A stretch of DNA of 64,000 nucleotides from assembly GCF_963921235.1 (NCBI RefSeq), contig NC_086097.1, positions 141,858,001 through 141,922,000 on the forward strand, given 5' to 3'. The position numbers and the translations under genes are program-made. Source of the stretch: Mobula hypostoma (lineage: Eukaryota). Shown one piece after another: positions 37,404 to 50,900 of this stretch. Numbering within the stretch: position 1 is the stretch's first letter; every line of letters starts with the position of its first letter. The notes beneath the pieces are model-generated. The model was not told the origin of the DNA and searched no databases. It saw only the letters and a list, made by a program, of their open reading frames with translations.

Positions 37404-39842
37404 GCCTAATACATGGTGGGCCACTGCAACTCTTTTCACCCCTGTGTGCCCAGCTCCCACCTGGTCCTTCCTTTGCTCCCTTTCTCCGCCACCTCTCCTT
37501 TTCTTCTGCCTCCACCTCTTCGTATAATTTTACTAAACTGGTTTCTGTTGTTTCTTCCTGCGCACTTGCAATTTCAATTGCCTCTTGTTCCTCTGCTGCC
37601 TTATTTGCAGTAATGTCTGCCCTCGGAAGGACTGGAAAAACTTTATGTTCTGGAGACAAGCCATTCAGGATTGTTGTAGGGCCTGCCACTGTGGAATGCA
37701 GTCTCAGCATGGTCTTAAGGGCGGTATAGCCTGTTGTTAATGGATATGATCCACTGGGCTTAATTGGCTATATAGGCGAGTTAGCAGTGGCTGCAGTCTC
37801 TCTGAGTGTCCCCTGATGTTTTTGTTCCTTCACTATACCCTGGACAGCTGTCAGTGTGTCAGATTTTATAGGCTACTGCTTATGGGGTTTATGCAGGTCC
37901 CCATTTATTTTAATTGTGTTTATGTTTACTTCACTACAATATTGCTTGTGTCTAGCCCACACAACTGGGAACTGCTGGTTCCACCACAATCTTGGTGATT
38001 GGGGCAGCTGCGACTATGCTAGTCAGGTTGTGTATTCTGTTGGTTGTACCCGTTCGCTGCCCCTGACTGTCCATGTTATTTCTCCCTTTCCCAAATCGAT
38101 TACGGCCCCTGCTTCCCTTAGGATGTCAATTCCAAGGATGGTGCCCTCATTATTTGGACATACCCAGAAATACACTGGAAGCTGCACTCCCCCAATTTTG
38201 AGTATTTGCGACTTGCTTCTTTCTGCTTTTCACTTTTTCCTCCCACACCCCTAATAAAAATGGCCTGTCCGGTTATTGGCAAGGGTAGGTCTGCTATTGA
38301 TACCGATGCCCCTGTGTCCACTAACATACTGCATTGCCCGCCCCCCCCCAACAATGCTGTTGTGTACATCTGTGGGTCACCAGCGCTGGCAGTGGAGCTT
38401 GCCGCCACATCGTTTTCCTGTCCTAGGAGCCATCTTTTCTAGCTCTATAATCTGATCAGCAGCCAGATTGTTCAGACTGGGCACCGGTGGGGTGGGAGAT
38501 TGTGTGTCTGCTGTGATGTTCACCTGTTTTTCTTTCCTCTTTTTTTTTGGACAGTGCCTCCAACCATGTCCCAATAGGATGCACCTGTAGCATATCAACT
38601 CCTTGACCCTCCCACGTCTATTTCAGCAGTTCCTTGCTTCGAGCCTTGGTCGCCGGCAAACAAAACGAACTGTCTGGGACATCACAGATGCTGCATCCAC
38701 TATGGCCACATTGTGATCTCTCTTGTACTTTCTTTGGGTCTACCTCACTGGCCCACGAAACTATCGAAGAGTAGTTCGACCCCACTGTTATGCCTAAATC
38801 TAAAACTTCCTGGTGGGCTGAGCTCAGACCTTCCTTAAGCATTTTCAGGAAGACTTGGTCATCCCTCCCTGGATCATCCAACCTGGAAGACTCTTCATAC
38901 ACTCTGTTTATGTTCTGCATAATCCATGGCTGTCTCATTAGCTTTTTGAATCACTACCCAGTTACTCTCGTCTCCCCCCCCCACCCCCATCGCTGCTTCA
39001 CTTCCCCTTTAAAAAAGCAATATCTTTCTTCATTGCTGGCTTTCCCGGTAGTTGCCCAGGTACCATTCCGTGCCCCTTGGGCCATCCTGTCCCACATATT
39101 CCTCGGGCACTTTGCTTTTGCATACACATGTATATCTTTAGGGTGCATCTGGTGAATTTCAACCATTTCTTCAAGCTTATGCCAGAATTCTGAATTACCA
39201 CATGCGACTTTAAGTGAGGGCAACTCTGACAAAGTGCTCTGTTTCTTCCCGGGGGCGAAGGGCTTAAGAATAGTTGTAATCATTGTCAAGGGCTGGCTTG
39301 GATCATCAGGGTTCTCAGCCTGACGTTTCTTGATCTCAATAGGTGCCATCCTGACAGATATATCTGGGTAAAACCTCTCCCTGAAATACCTCCACATTAA
39401 TTCCCACACTACGCAAAATACCAGTTAAACAGCACATACTTAAAACGGCAGAGTATGTACTCCGCAATCTGCCACTTTTGAGCACCTGAACTCATGATGC
39501 CTGCAGTATTCCTTTGCATCACACTTGCAAAATGTATATACTAAAATGCAGCTCCCCGAATGAGTATACATGCCCCACTCTGGCGTCCCGAACCGTGTTT
39601 ACGGTAAGCACCCTTTGCAACTGGTGGCTTCGTCTCACCCAATTAACACGTTTCCTTTTTTTACATAAACACATACATGCACACACACTACTTTTATATC
39701 TACCAGTACAGCTGTCTGCGTTTGTGATACCTCATGTTCCCGTGTACCACCGATCTGAACAGATCCAAGTGTGAGTGCTATTTTAGAAAATACTCACCCA
39801 CTTAGACTGAAAATCACTGGCCACACAATGGGTCACGAAGGT

Positions 39843-39860
39843 ATCCCACTTCTGACACCA
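39843..39860 (-). promoter_or_regulatory. Primer binding site, tRNA-Leu(CAA)
   Basis: Minus strand TGGTGTCAGAAGTGGGAT, 2 nt after the 5' LTR end; complementary to the recalled vertebrate tRNA-Leu(CAA) 3' end ATCCCACTTCTGACACCA. Confidence 0.9.
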
Positions 39861-39862
39861 AA

Positions 39863-40261
39863 TGTTGTGACGTGAATGAATTGCTGGAGAGAATTACTGG
39901 TAGATACAAAGCAGCTTCTTTATTCGACAAAACAAGGTACAGCAGGCATCGTATGGAGAGGCTTTCGGTGGAAAGGTCTGCAGGCCCAACGCGGGGGTCG
40001 ATATTTATTTGCTAAGACACAAAGGACAATTCCATATTTACAAAGTATAAACAATGCTTTCTTTTGAAGCTACATATAAACTTCATACCTTCTGATTTGC
40101 ATCCATCCCACAGATGCCAGCAGCGTCTGGAGTAGGATCCACAGCTTTTAGCAATGCATTGTCCCAAACCAAATCCTCAATATTTTATTGAGGAACAGAA
40201 GACTGGTAGCCAAAGCCATTTGCTAAATGTAGATGACTTAAACCCAAAAATCACTCTAACA
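39863..40261 (-). repeat. 5' LTR of the provirus
   Basis: TG...CA, adjacent to the PBS, followed by TSD AAGAT (40262-40266). Confidence 0.92.
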
Positions 40262-40919
40262 AAGATTATTTTCATATTAAAGCAAATTAACAATTTAGAT
40301 AATTTCAGTAGCTGTATGTTTACAATTTCAGAGACGCTTTTGACAACCCATGTTCAGAACTAACTTTTATTTTCTAAGAATTCTAATCTTCCTTAGAAAT
40401 CCACTCAAAGTAAGTATTTTTTTGTTGCAGTTCTAGAGATGTTCTTTATCTGGTGCAAAGTCCATTTCTAGTGATAAAATGTCCTGCTGTATCAATGCAA
40501 CATTGATTGTATTAATCAATGTCTTATTCAAGTTCATTATTGACAACAAATTGTCTTAATTTTTAGTGCAGGCTTTAGTGTAGTATAAAGCAGACTTTAT
40601 ATTGCTTTATTCATATAATATTCCTGCTCTATCTTGTTGATCAAAATGAAAATGATAAAAAAAAACTGTTGGAAATCTGGTAATGGAAACAGAAAATTCT
40701 TTTTAAGTATTCAGCAGGTTAGGCAACATCTATAGAAAAAGAAATGTATTATTTTTGGCAGTAGACTCTTGGGGGGGAGATTTTAAAAATAAGATTGTGA
40801 GTTGCAGAGAAGCTGGCAGGAGAGATGGATAGGATAAAGTGAATATCTATGCTAAACTGAGAACAGCATCGCTCGGGATAAGTTTTTGGGGATGTCCACT
40901 CAGCTGGAAGTTAAGGATC

Positions 40920-41995
40920 TTAACACAGAGGGCACAATTTTAAGGTGCTTGGAAGTAGGTATAGAGGAGATGTCGGGTAAGTTTTTTTACGCAGAGTGGT
41001 GAGTGTGTGGAATGGGCTGCCGGCAACAGTGGTGGCGGCAGATACGATAGGCTCTTTTAAGAGACTCCTGGATAGGTACATGGAGCTTAGAAAAATAGAG
41101 GGCTATGGGTAACCTTAGGTAATTTCTAAATAAGTACATGTTCAGCACAACACTGTGGGCCGAAGGACCTGTATTGTGCTGTAGGTTTTTTATGTTTCTA
41201 TGATTTGATGGTAGCTGGACTATGTGATGCATCCAGTAGATCAGGCTGTATTAATGGAAAGGGAATAATTCAGCAAGATGGATGACTGCAACAGAACTGC
41301 TAATACTGTTACAGGCATTGAATGAGAGAATGCTGATTTGAAGAATGTGATATTGAATCCAGATTGCTGCAGCATGTCTGGTCAAAATGAGGTATTGCTT
41401 GTGTTTCCCTGATTTTAGCAGTTTATTTTGTCACAAATTGGGATGGAAGATTAAAATGATAGGCAATACAAAGCTCATGCTCCCTTCTTCTTACTGAGCA
41501 TAGGTGCTCTGCAAAGGAGCTACTTCATCTAAATTTTGGTTTCTCCAGCTTACTACAGACAATACTGAGAATACACTGAATAGAAAGAAATGCAAGTGAA
41601 TTGTAACTTCATCTGGAAAAATTTGTGGGACCGTAAATGGTGGGAAGAAAGAGATAAATAAGCTGATGTTGCATCTTCTTTTGGGATTGCATGGGAATAT
41701 ACTGTAATGGCTAGCACGAGAGGGCATAGTTTTAAGGTGCTTGGAAGTAGCTACAGAGGAGATGTCAGGGGTAAGTGTTTTTACGCAGCGAGTGGTGAGT
41801 GCGTGGAATGGGCTGCTGGTGGTGGTGGAGGCGGAAGCGATGGGGTCTTTTTAGAAACTCCTGGATAGGTGCATGGAGCTTAGTAAAATAGAGGGGTGTG
41901 GGTAAGCCTAGGTAGTTCTCAACTAAGGACATTATTGGCATAGCTTTGTGGGCCAAAAGGCCTGTATTGTGCTGCAAGTTTTCTACGTTTCTATG
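40920..41995 (+). mobile_element. Two short related CR1 3'-end copies (about 40920-41200 and 41712-41995) within a decayed Penelope-like remnant
   Basis: Both read GAGGGCA.A.TTTTAAGGTGCTTGGAAGTAG...TGTGGGCC.AA.G.CCTGTATTGTGCTG...TTTCTATG. Confidence 0.8.
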
Positions 41996-43114
41996 AAAGG
42001 AGTTGCAATTGGAGAAAGAAAGCAATTAAAAGCTGGAGTCATAAAGGGAGTGGTTTGAGAATGTCCAAAAAGGAGGAGAGGGGAATATTTGGTAGAATCG
42101 TGTTGGATCTGGCAGCAATTGTTTATTCCTTGAATGTGTTCAAAGATGAGAAGCAAAGGACCTCTGACTGGGAGAAGAGGAGTTAAGTGCATAGTTGTGA
42201 AATACATGAGATGCAATCCACCCACGGTGTTAGAAGGGCAGCTGTGGTTCAGGAAGGAGGAAGACATTTCAGAGGAAAGTCTGGTCATTGAAACAAAAAT
42301 GACAGACAAAAAGGAACTGGGTGAATGGATTGGTCTTTACGGGAGACAGGGTGGGAGTAAATATCTCTATGATATCTGTGGACCAATACGGTTTAATGTT
42401 GTAGTTTTATCATTTAAGTCTGGCAGATTTTTTTTTTTCTTTTGCCCTTTTACTTGGCATTTTCATTTGTTAAACAAAATGATGCACACTTTCACTTCAC
42501 TGTTAACTCAATATGGAATTGGATTTTTCTGCTGCATGGCACAATGTTACTTATCTTAACTGTTCCTTTAGTTTTTGATAGGATTATTCATGCATTGTAG
42601 AATATGGAATGCACTGACGTTGTAGACAGCGAAACTCCAAATACCTTACATGCTCAAAGTTTTCGTGCCAACTGGCAAATTTTTTTGGAATTATTGGATG
42701 TAATTCCTATTAATAAAGCAGCACACTTGTGATTTTTTAAAACATGTACAGTACATAGTTTTATAATAAATTTTCCAGTCAACTGAGTAAGGTTAAAATT
42801 GCACATGAACTGGGTCACTTGTGAGTTCTAGAGGAGTATGTTGAATTGGACACAATGAATATCAGGTGAGCACAGGGATTAGTACCCTGATGAGTCTTGG
42901 GGATAGCATGGGAACCATGACCTGGTAAGCCAGATGCTGAACCATAGGAATCTTGAAGTAATCAGATCATGTATTACTGGAGTTTTGTTGTATGTTTGAT
43001 GTCTAATCTTAAAATTCAAAATCCTAGTAATATTCTACAAATGAATTCAGATGATGGGGAATAAAATCAATCAAATCAGCCACTTCAGATATTTGAAGCA
43101 AGTCTCTGCTGCTG

Positions 43115-43990
43115 TTTACATCAGAATCTGGTTTATTATCAGTGGCATATATCATGAAATTTATTGACAGTAAGAAATATATTAAAAAAATGGTGCAAAT
43201 GAGAGCAAAATTGTGACAGTATTCATGGATCATGCAGAAATTGATGGCGGAGGGAGAAAAACTGTTCCTAAAAAACATTTGAGTGTGCGTTTTCAGGCTC
43301 TTGTATCTCCTCCCTGATGGTAGTAATGAACATAGGGCAGGTCTGGATGTTGAGGGTTCTTAATGATTGATATTGTCTTCCTGAGGCACCACCTTTTGAA
43401 GATGTGCTCAATGGTGGGAGGCTAGTGCCCAAGAGCTAGCTAAGTCAACAAACCTTGGCAGTTTTTTTTTGGTCCTCTGCATTGGAGCCTCAATACCAGG
43501 TTGTGATGTAACCAGTCAGAATGCTTTTCACAGTATATCTGTAGAAATTTGCTGGAGTCTTTGATGACATACCAAATCTCCTGAATTCCTAATAAAGTAT
43601 AGCTGCTTCTATGCCATCTTTGTGACTGTATCACTATGTTGGGTCCAGGATAGATCATCTGAGATATTGAATCCTTGGAACTTGAAACTGTTCACCCTTT
43701 CCACTCCTGACCCCTTGATGATTGGTGTGTCTTCCCAATTTCCCCTTTCATAATCAATCCTTGCTCTTACTGATGTTGTGTGTAATATTGCTTAACCATC
43801 CTATCCATTTCACTCCTATTCACCTCCTTGTCACCATCTGAGATTCTGCCAACAACAGTTATGTCAGTGATGAATTTATAGATGGTGTTGTGCCTAGCCA
43901 CGCAGTCATCAGTTTAGAAGGGGTAGAGCAGTGCATTGTTGAGCCTGTGTTGATTGTCAGCGAGGAGGAGACATTACTTCTGATCTGTAA
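43115..43990 (-). mobile_element. Rex1/Babar-like LINE remnant
   Basis: Reverse-complement motifs FRNSFSPSAI and FKFQG, homologous to 33152-34262. Confidence 0.7.
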
Positions 43991-44809
43991 TGACTGTATG
44001 TCAGTATAACTGTTGGCCTTATTTGTGTCATTGTGCCTCACTCACTATCTTTGGGAAGTACAGTTGAGTTTTCTCTCTGGAAAAAGGTGGTCAATTTTTC
44101 ATGACTCACTACTTTAAAAGATTTAATCGTGCTGAGGGTTGATAGAGTATAGGACTGGTACTCTATGGTCTGTACAGTTTAATTGCATGCTTTGTGGTTT
44201 GTTTATGTTAATAATGGGTATTGTTGATAGTTGTAACTTTTTTTGTCTCGTGTTATGATTTAAGAGTTATGAAATTGTACACTTATGCTTTCATTTTACT
44301 TGGCTTATTGCATTCCCCGGTATTTAATTTTTGAGCGTTTTCCTTGGGAAACAAAATACTCAGGTTTCAAAATTTGGATCAGTGAATTTATACAGCTATT
44401 AGGCCTTTTGAAAGACATGATGGAATTTTTTTATTTGTTTATGGGATATGAGTTTTGATGGCAAGTTCAGCATATGGCAACAAACTCAATGTGATGAGCC
44501 ACCTCCCTGAATCACTGTGGTTTTTCTGATGCTGGTCCTCCATTAGTGTTGGTTAGCAACTTCCAAGTTCTACTTCAGTGATAAAGAATAGTGCTATATT
44601 TCCAGATGCTACTATCCAAATATGAATTTATCAGTGGTGGTTTTTGCTACCGTTGTCCTCAATCGGTAAAATGTTTCCTGTCCGAGTAACCCAGTGAGTA
44701 ACTTTATTTGCTTAGGGGTATGATAGTTAGATGTTGATTTATTAGATGTTGAGAGGACATAGTTTTGAGAGAAGGAAGTGGTCATTTTAAATTAAAGCTT
44801 AGAGTAATG

Positions 44810-46255
44810 TCTTCTGTCTGGTAAATTTGCAAATGACCCTGAAATTCGTGGTATAGTGAACAGTGAAGAAAGTTGTCAAATGTTACAACAGGATACAGAC
44901 CAGCTGAGAAAACAGCCAGGTGGAATTTAGCTTGGGTCAGTGCAAAGAGTTGCATTTTGAGAAGGTAGACCAGACAAGGACAAGTACAGTGAATGCAGAA
45001 CCCTGGGGAGTGTTAAAACAGAAAGGCCCTGGGGTAAAAAGTACATTATTTTTCTTTAAACTGGAGAAAAGGTACACATGATGGCTTTGAAAGCCATATG
45101 GTATGCTTGCTTTCATCAGCTGAAGCATTAAATATTACATAGCATTGGGAATTACACTGGAAAGAGTATGAAGGAGATTTATGAGATGTTGCCAGGACTC
45201 TGTTACGGAGAAAGGTTGAGCAGGTTTGGACTTGTTTTAATGGAGCATCGTAGAATGAGGGTGATTTTGTAGAAGGTTTATAAAATTGTGATTGGCATAG
45301 ATAGGGTTAACGTGCAATGTCTTTTTCCCAGGGTTGGAGAATCAAGTAATAGAGGGCATAAGTTTAAGGTGAAAGGGGGAAGATTTAATAAGAAACTGAG
45401 GGGCAACTTTTTAAATCCTGAGGGTAGTCAGCATATGGAATGAGTTGACAGAGGAAGTGGTTAAGGCAGGTGCATTAACAACATTTAAAAGGCACTCAAA
45501 CAAGTACATGGATAGAAAAAGTATAGAGCAGGGGTTCCAAACGTGGGGTCCACAGACTCCTTGGTGAATGGTAGGGGATCATGGCATAAAAAAAGCTTGG
45601 TAACCCCAGGTTTAGAGGGATATTGGCCAAATGTGGGCAAATTGGATTAACTTGATAGGAATTTTGGTTGGTGTGGAGCAGTATTTTGAAGGGCTTATTT
45701 CCATACTGTATGACTATAACTATTCATGTTACAGTGGTACAAAACGGGCTGCACTTGGAGTATTGTGTGCAGTTCTGCTCACCTTTCTATGGAAGGATGT
45801 GATGAAGCTGGAAAGGGAGAGCTGCTTGGATCAGAAGGCATGATTTGTAAGTACAGGTTGGATAGGCAAGGTTCTTTTGCCCCAGAGTAAAGAATGCTGA
45901 GAGCTGACATGATAGATATCTATAAAGTTATGAAAAGCCTAGCTTGGGTAGATAGCCAGTGGTAGGGTTGTCTAAAGCGAGAGGGCACAGATTTAAAATG
46001 AGAATGAGGAGATTTAAAGGGGATCTGAGGGGTAAATTTTTCACACTGTATCTGGTATTTGTAATGTGCTGCCAGAGGAGATAGTGAAGGCAGGAACAAT
46101 AACAAGATTTACAAGGCACCTTGATGGGTACTTGGATGACCAAGGCATGGAGAGATTATGGACTTAATGCAAGCAAGTGAAATTAGTATTGCGAGACATG
46201 CTGGTTGACATAGGCACAGTAAGCTGTGGGACCTATTTCCATGCTGTACAATTCT
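44810..46255 (+). mobile_element. Old CR1 3' remnants (at least two pieces)
   Basis: KFANDPEI...EESCQMLQQD and RGHKFKVKGGRF-type fragments; CR1 3' UTR motifs near 45690 and 46230. Confidence 0.7.
45529..45609. mobile_element. hAT MITE, second copy
   Basis: CAGGGGTTCCAA...TTGGTAACCCCAG with 8-bp TSD GTATAGAG/GTTTAGAG, inside a CR1 3' UTR. Confidence 0.8.
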
Positions 46256-47065
46256 AGGGTGGGGAGTTTCTGCAATTCCCTACCACTTAAGATTGTGACG
46301 ATTAGATCATTGGAGGTATTTATGAGGAGGTAGATTAATTAATGATTCAAATAATGTAGAATTGAGGGCTTTGTGTAATGGGCAGAAAGGAGGAATTTAG
46401 AAGTGGGGCCTATCAGCTATTTTCCAGGGGAATCTTGAAAGGTTAGGTTAGGTGTCTGACATCTGTTCCTTTTTTGTTCTGTTATTTATTCAACCTAAAG
46501 GCTTTGCCACTGGAATGTGAGAGAGTTGGGTGAGATTGTACTTCATGTTGTTTGGACCATGTAAATGCAGAATTGCCACTTGATAAGCTATCCAGTGAAT
46601 CAAATCAGTGAACTGGACTTGGACAGTTCGTACAATCTTTTCCTTTCACTTGAAAAGCTGAAATTATTTAAGTTTGTTGCTTTATTTGGGAAATGATGTA
46701 AAACTAGATATCTATTTGCATAGTTCTAGTTCCCTGTGCAAATGTGCATTATTTCCTTGTTCCTCATACATTAATTGTTTAAAAGTATGCAGAATCTCCC
46801 AGCGTATGCGTGTCTCAGGTATGGGAACTGCAGTCAGTTCCATTATTGGAGTAGATGAATGAATCTTCCAAACTGCAATTAATAAGATTTGAGCTAATTG
46901 AGGTGACACAAGCAATTTTTTTCATAGTACCTGGATAATGCAGTTCAATATCTTGCTGCAGTGGGCCTTTATAATAAATATATATTTTTAATCTATTTTA
47001 AACAGAGGTTAAAATAGGCAATCGATTCATTCTCCAGAAATCCTCATATTAGTATTTGTTCACAG

Positions 47066-47207
47066 ACACCGTCGCTTGGAGTGGAAATGGGCTGTGGAAA
47101 GGGCAGCAATTGTCAACCGCTGGACATGGTTGCAAGCTCAGGTGTCTGACCTAGAATACCGAATACGGCAGCAGACAGACATATACAGACAGATCCGTGC
47201 AAACAAG
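47066..47207 (+). CDS. KANSL1: Internal coding exon (142 bp) of KAT8 regulatory NSL complex subunit 1
   Basis: Acceptor TTTGTTCACAG| and donor AAG|GTAAGT. Translates (x)[47 protein letters not shown], matching recalled human KANSL1 [43 protein letters not shown] better than KANSL1L. The ORF-track extension past 47207 is intron. Confidence 0.93.
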
Positions 47208-49039
47208 GTAAGTGCAGAGATTGACACGGGGCCAGAAGGTGTTTTTCTGCTTAAGTGTAGGACAATGTCATCTATTTACACATCATGCACTATTAATTCA
47301 AAATTTAGAAATGTTGTAGATCAAGGGGATGTGTTGTTATTTTAGCAACGTTTTCCAACTGGGACGTTTATTTTGTTCTTTGATGACACTAATATTTTTG
47401 CACGGGAGGGATAGTAATACATTATTACATTACTTTAAATATTAAACACCTCCAATTACATTCAACTTAGTGAATTTTGTGTCTACCAGAGAAAGTATTC
47501 AGATTTAGTAACAAATGAAAGTTCAGAACTATAAAAAGAAAACCATATGCTGTTAAGTGTTTTCAGTTATTACATCATAGTAACTTTCTCGGGTATCAAA
47601 ATGATCTTAGCCTTTTTCAGTGCCAAGTTTGCATTTTGATTGCTAAAGTGGAGATAACTGGAATGAATTACAAACATTAGGGCGAATTTCTCCAATGATT
47701 TTAATCCCCATCTCAGTTTTCTATGTTAATGCAATTTGGCTTGATATTAAATCTTTGGTACTTGTAGAATAACATCTTTTCAAACTGAAGTTTTAAGTTT
47801 CAGAACTGCCTTATCAAATGCCTCCCAATGTAAAACAAAATTTAAAAATCACTTATTTCTGCTTACATAACATTCATTAAATTGCTGACCTTCACTAACT
47901 TTTGGTTTTACTTCTTCTTGACTGTATTCTCAAATATTTCCTTGGCCTAGTCCTATATCATTCCTCCAACTTATTAGTCATAGTCATACTTTATTATTGA
48001 ATGTGTTCCTTCTCTAGTTCTGCTGTTTTGGAATTGAACTTATTTGCCGTTGTGAAGGTCTGTAACATTAGAATTCTGTTTATAAATTCCTTTTCACAGT
48101 GACTTTTTCCTCTGTTAAGGCATTCTTAAATATATCATCTTGATCAAGGTGTGTATAGCTGCCTTGATATAGTATGACCTTAATTTTGACAAAATTGCTT
48201 TAAAAAAGAGCCTTGTAATAATTTAGTCTGTTAGAATTAAAATATTTTTGTTTCAAGAGCAATCATTCAGCCTTAGTACCCCTGATACCAAGATTTTTCC
48301 ATATTTAAATAATTTCCCATAATTAAATTTGTTTGTGCTTGATGTATATTATATAATGTTGCAGTTGCATTTAATCTCTGTTTACATGATCCTTTCAAAC
48401 TGGCCAATAAGTCTGTAAACCTTAAGTTACTATTTTTGTCAATTTTCATGTATTTAGCCAGCTACCTTTTGAATATATTGTTGAATCTCCCTCAATTTTT
48501 ATTCCTGATGATGCATTTCAAGCAAGAACCACTTTCTGTGTGACGAAGTATCTTCTCATCTCTGTTTAGTACCCTGCCGACAAATGTGTTTGTCTTTTCA
48601 TATTAACTCTTTAGCTTTCTTAAAAAAAGGATTTAGATATGCATAATGCTTACATGATTACCTAAATAATGGCCTAGAATTTTTCAACTACTGCAGAGGT
48701 AATGTGATTTAACTTTATTACAAAATAATGTTTTGAAGGGAATTGGAGTTTTAAGAATTCCACGAAGACTATGATAGACTTCTGTGCCTAGTGTGTTCTT
48801 ATTGTGGACATGGGGATTTGATAGGAGAAAAACATGCAGCATATGCCTAGCTGCTACTTCTGTCACTTGGATCTTGGCATGTTGTCACAGCACTCGCTTG
48901 TTTCATTTTCTCCTGTCCTACTTTTCACACCAGAGCTGAAATTATTGTTTATAGCTTTAATACAAAGAAAAGGCCTTGTCCTACAGGAATGCCTTGGTTC
49001 CTGTTTGCTCTAGAGTTTTGCCTCATGACTAAACCTCTA

Positions 49040-49701
49040 AAGCATTAGCTGACTGGCAGAAGACAAACAGTGGAAATAAAGAGAGCCTTGTTCTTATTTG
49101 CTGCTGGTGACAAGTGTCCCATATGGGTCAGTGTTGGGATGGTTTCTTTTTACCTTGCATGTCAGTGATCTGGATGGCAGAATTGATGGCTTTGTGGCTA
49201 AGCTTATGGACAATACCAAGATGGGTGGAGGGGCAGGTAGTGCTGAGAAAAAAGGGGAAGCTGCAGAAGGTCTTGGACAGACTAGAAGAATGGGCAAAGA
49301 AGTGGCAGGTGGAATATACTGTTGGGAAGTATACGGTCATGCACTTTAGTAGAAGAAATAGAAGCGTATACTATTTTCTAAATGGAGAGAAAATTCAAAA
49401 ATCTGAGGTGCAGTGGGACTTGGGAGTCCCCGTGCAGGATTCCCTAAAGGTTAACTTGCGGGTTGAGTCGGTGATGAGAAACATAAATGCAATGTTAGCA
49501 TTTGTTTTGAGGGGACCAGAATATAAAAATAAGGATGTAATGAGGCTTTATAAGGCACTGGTGAGGCCTCATTTGAAGTATTGGGAGTAAATTTTGGTCC
49601 CTATTTAAGAAAGGATATGCTGACATTGGAGAGGGTTCAAAGCAGATTAATGAAAATGATTCCAGGAATGAAAGACTTGTCATATGAGGAACATTTAATG
49701 A
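49040..49701 (+). mobile_element. CR1 ORF2 remnant, cut off by a Gypsy LTR
   Basis: VTSVPYGSVLG, LDRLEEWAKKWQ, RLYKALVRPHLKY; stops at the TG of the LTR at 49702. Confidence 0.88.
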
Positions 49702-50254
49702 TGTTATGTTTTATAGCTTCAAAACGTTAAACTAATTGAAAGGAAACCAAGAGTTGGGAGATGGGTCTTGCACTTTTTTTTTACTTTAAATGAGGTGCGT
49801 ACCTATCACCATCATCACATATGCAATTCACTTATTTTTACATATAACCATAATGAATTATATAAACAAAGAATGCTTTATGAAACAATATATTTACAAG
49901 ATTACTCAAATGTTACTTAAATATTAAATACACACCATCCCTGCTTAGCTATAGACTCCAACTCAATGTAGAATCATCTCAGCTCACATACATAATAGAC
50001 AATATGATACAACTATTATATAGACTTCCACAGCATGGTAAATTTTAAATTGTCCCATTCATGCCTAAAGATTTAATTACTGTAAAAGATGCCTTATACC
50101 CATGGGATAATGCATTTTCTGATGAGGGAGGTCACTGTGCTTGGCAGGTGAGACTTGTGGCTGTGAATACAATCTCAATCCCTGGGCCTTCTCTGATGGT
50201 TGTAGGAGTTGACTCTGAGACCACAGGAAGTGGTTCTAACAGCTCTGGAAACCT

Positions 50255-50900
50255 TTCTTCTCATTTTCTCAGTTTTTCTCTCTCTGGGTTTACTTTGTTC
50301 CCTTTCTTTTCTTTCTCTCATTCCTTTTCTTTCACACCTTTCTCCTTCCAGCTCACATTCTTTATCTTTCTTCTCCCTTTTCTTTGAGTTTGTGCATCTT
50401 GATCTTGAGAAGGTCCACTTAGTTCACTGGAGTATTCTTAGTAATCCTTCCATTGCTCCTTTTCTAATCTGATCTCCCTTGGTTTCTTCATCTATAGCAT
50501 TCTCTGTTGTCATTTCTCAATTGTTTCCTTTTTGGCCTTGCATTCATCCTGCTAGGCTTGGTCTTTGCATCTATTTTTGCAAGCAGCTCTTTGTCTCCCA
50601 CTTGAAATTCATGCAATAACCTTAATGCACGCAGAGTAGATTGTGTTTATTTATACTCACAAAAGCTGAACGCATGCAACTTTCTGAAGCTTTGAACTCT
50701 TCCAGCTTAAAACCAAGCCACATTTCACAAACAACTGCCTGATTAACATATCAGAAGCTTTCTCAGATATGTTGCTCACAAAAACTATTGTGGTCGGATC
50801 ATTGCTTTCATCAGTTTCATGATTCCTCTGAGCACCATGGTCCTCCTTCGGTCCAATATGCTTTCTAACCGGAAGCGCAGCGGTTGACACACATCTGTTT
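50255..50900 (-). pseudogene. RBM25: Processed (intronless) RBM25 fragment embedded in the Gypsy element
   Basis: Minus strand gives VRKHIG...PTTIVFVSNISEKASDMLIRQLFVKCGLVLSWK, then in shifted frames AFSFCEYK*TQSTLRALRLLHEFQVGDKELLAKIDAKTK...DEETK..QIRKGAMEGLLR.YSSELSGPSQD and an RE/K-rich tract. This matches the recalled RBM25 RRM and following region; stops and frameshifts are present. Confidence 0.9.

Larger units (their letters stand above)
35230..40261 (-). mobile_element. Endogenous retrovirus-like provirus with two LTRs, internally deleted (gag-pro-partial pol)
   Basis: LTRs 35230-35623 and 39863-40261, both TG...CA; 5-bp TSD AAGAT on both sides; PBS and PPT present; gag with CYRCILLGHGWRHC knuckle; protease LVDTGAS; decayed RT N-terminus (VWARHK...NSPI); integrase C-terminus PRWIGPQMVLLTN. 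Confidence 0.92.

Noticed and set aside
39843..39860. tRNA gene
   Set aside because: Only the 18-nt 3' end including CCA is present, next to an LTR, so it is a PBS. SINE heads were likewise not called tRNA genes.
47208..47345. C-terminal part of the 89-aa ORF as KANSL1 coding sequence
   Set aside because: Similarity stops at a canonical GTAAGT donor; the rest is intron read-through.
50255..50900. Functional nested RBM25 gene
   Set aside because: No introns, partial coding region, and multiple stops and frameshifts.
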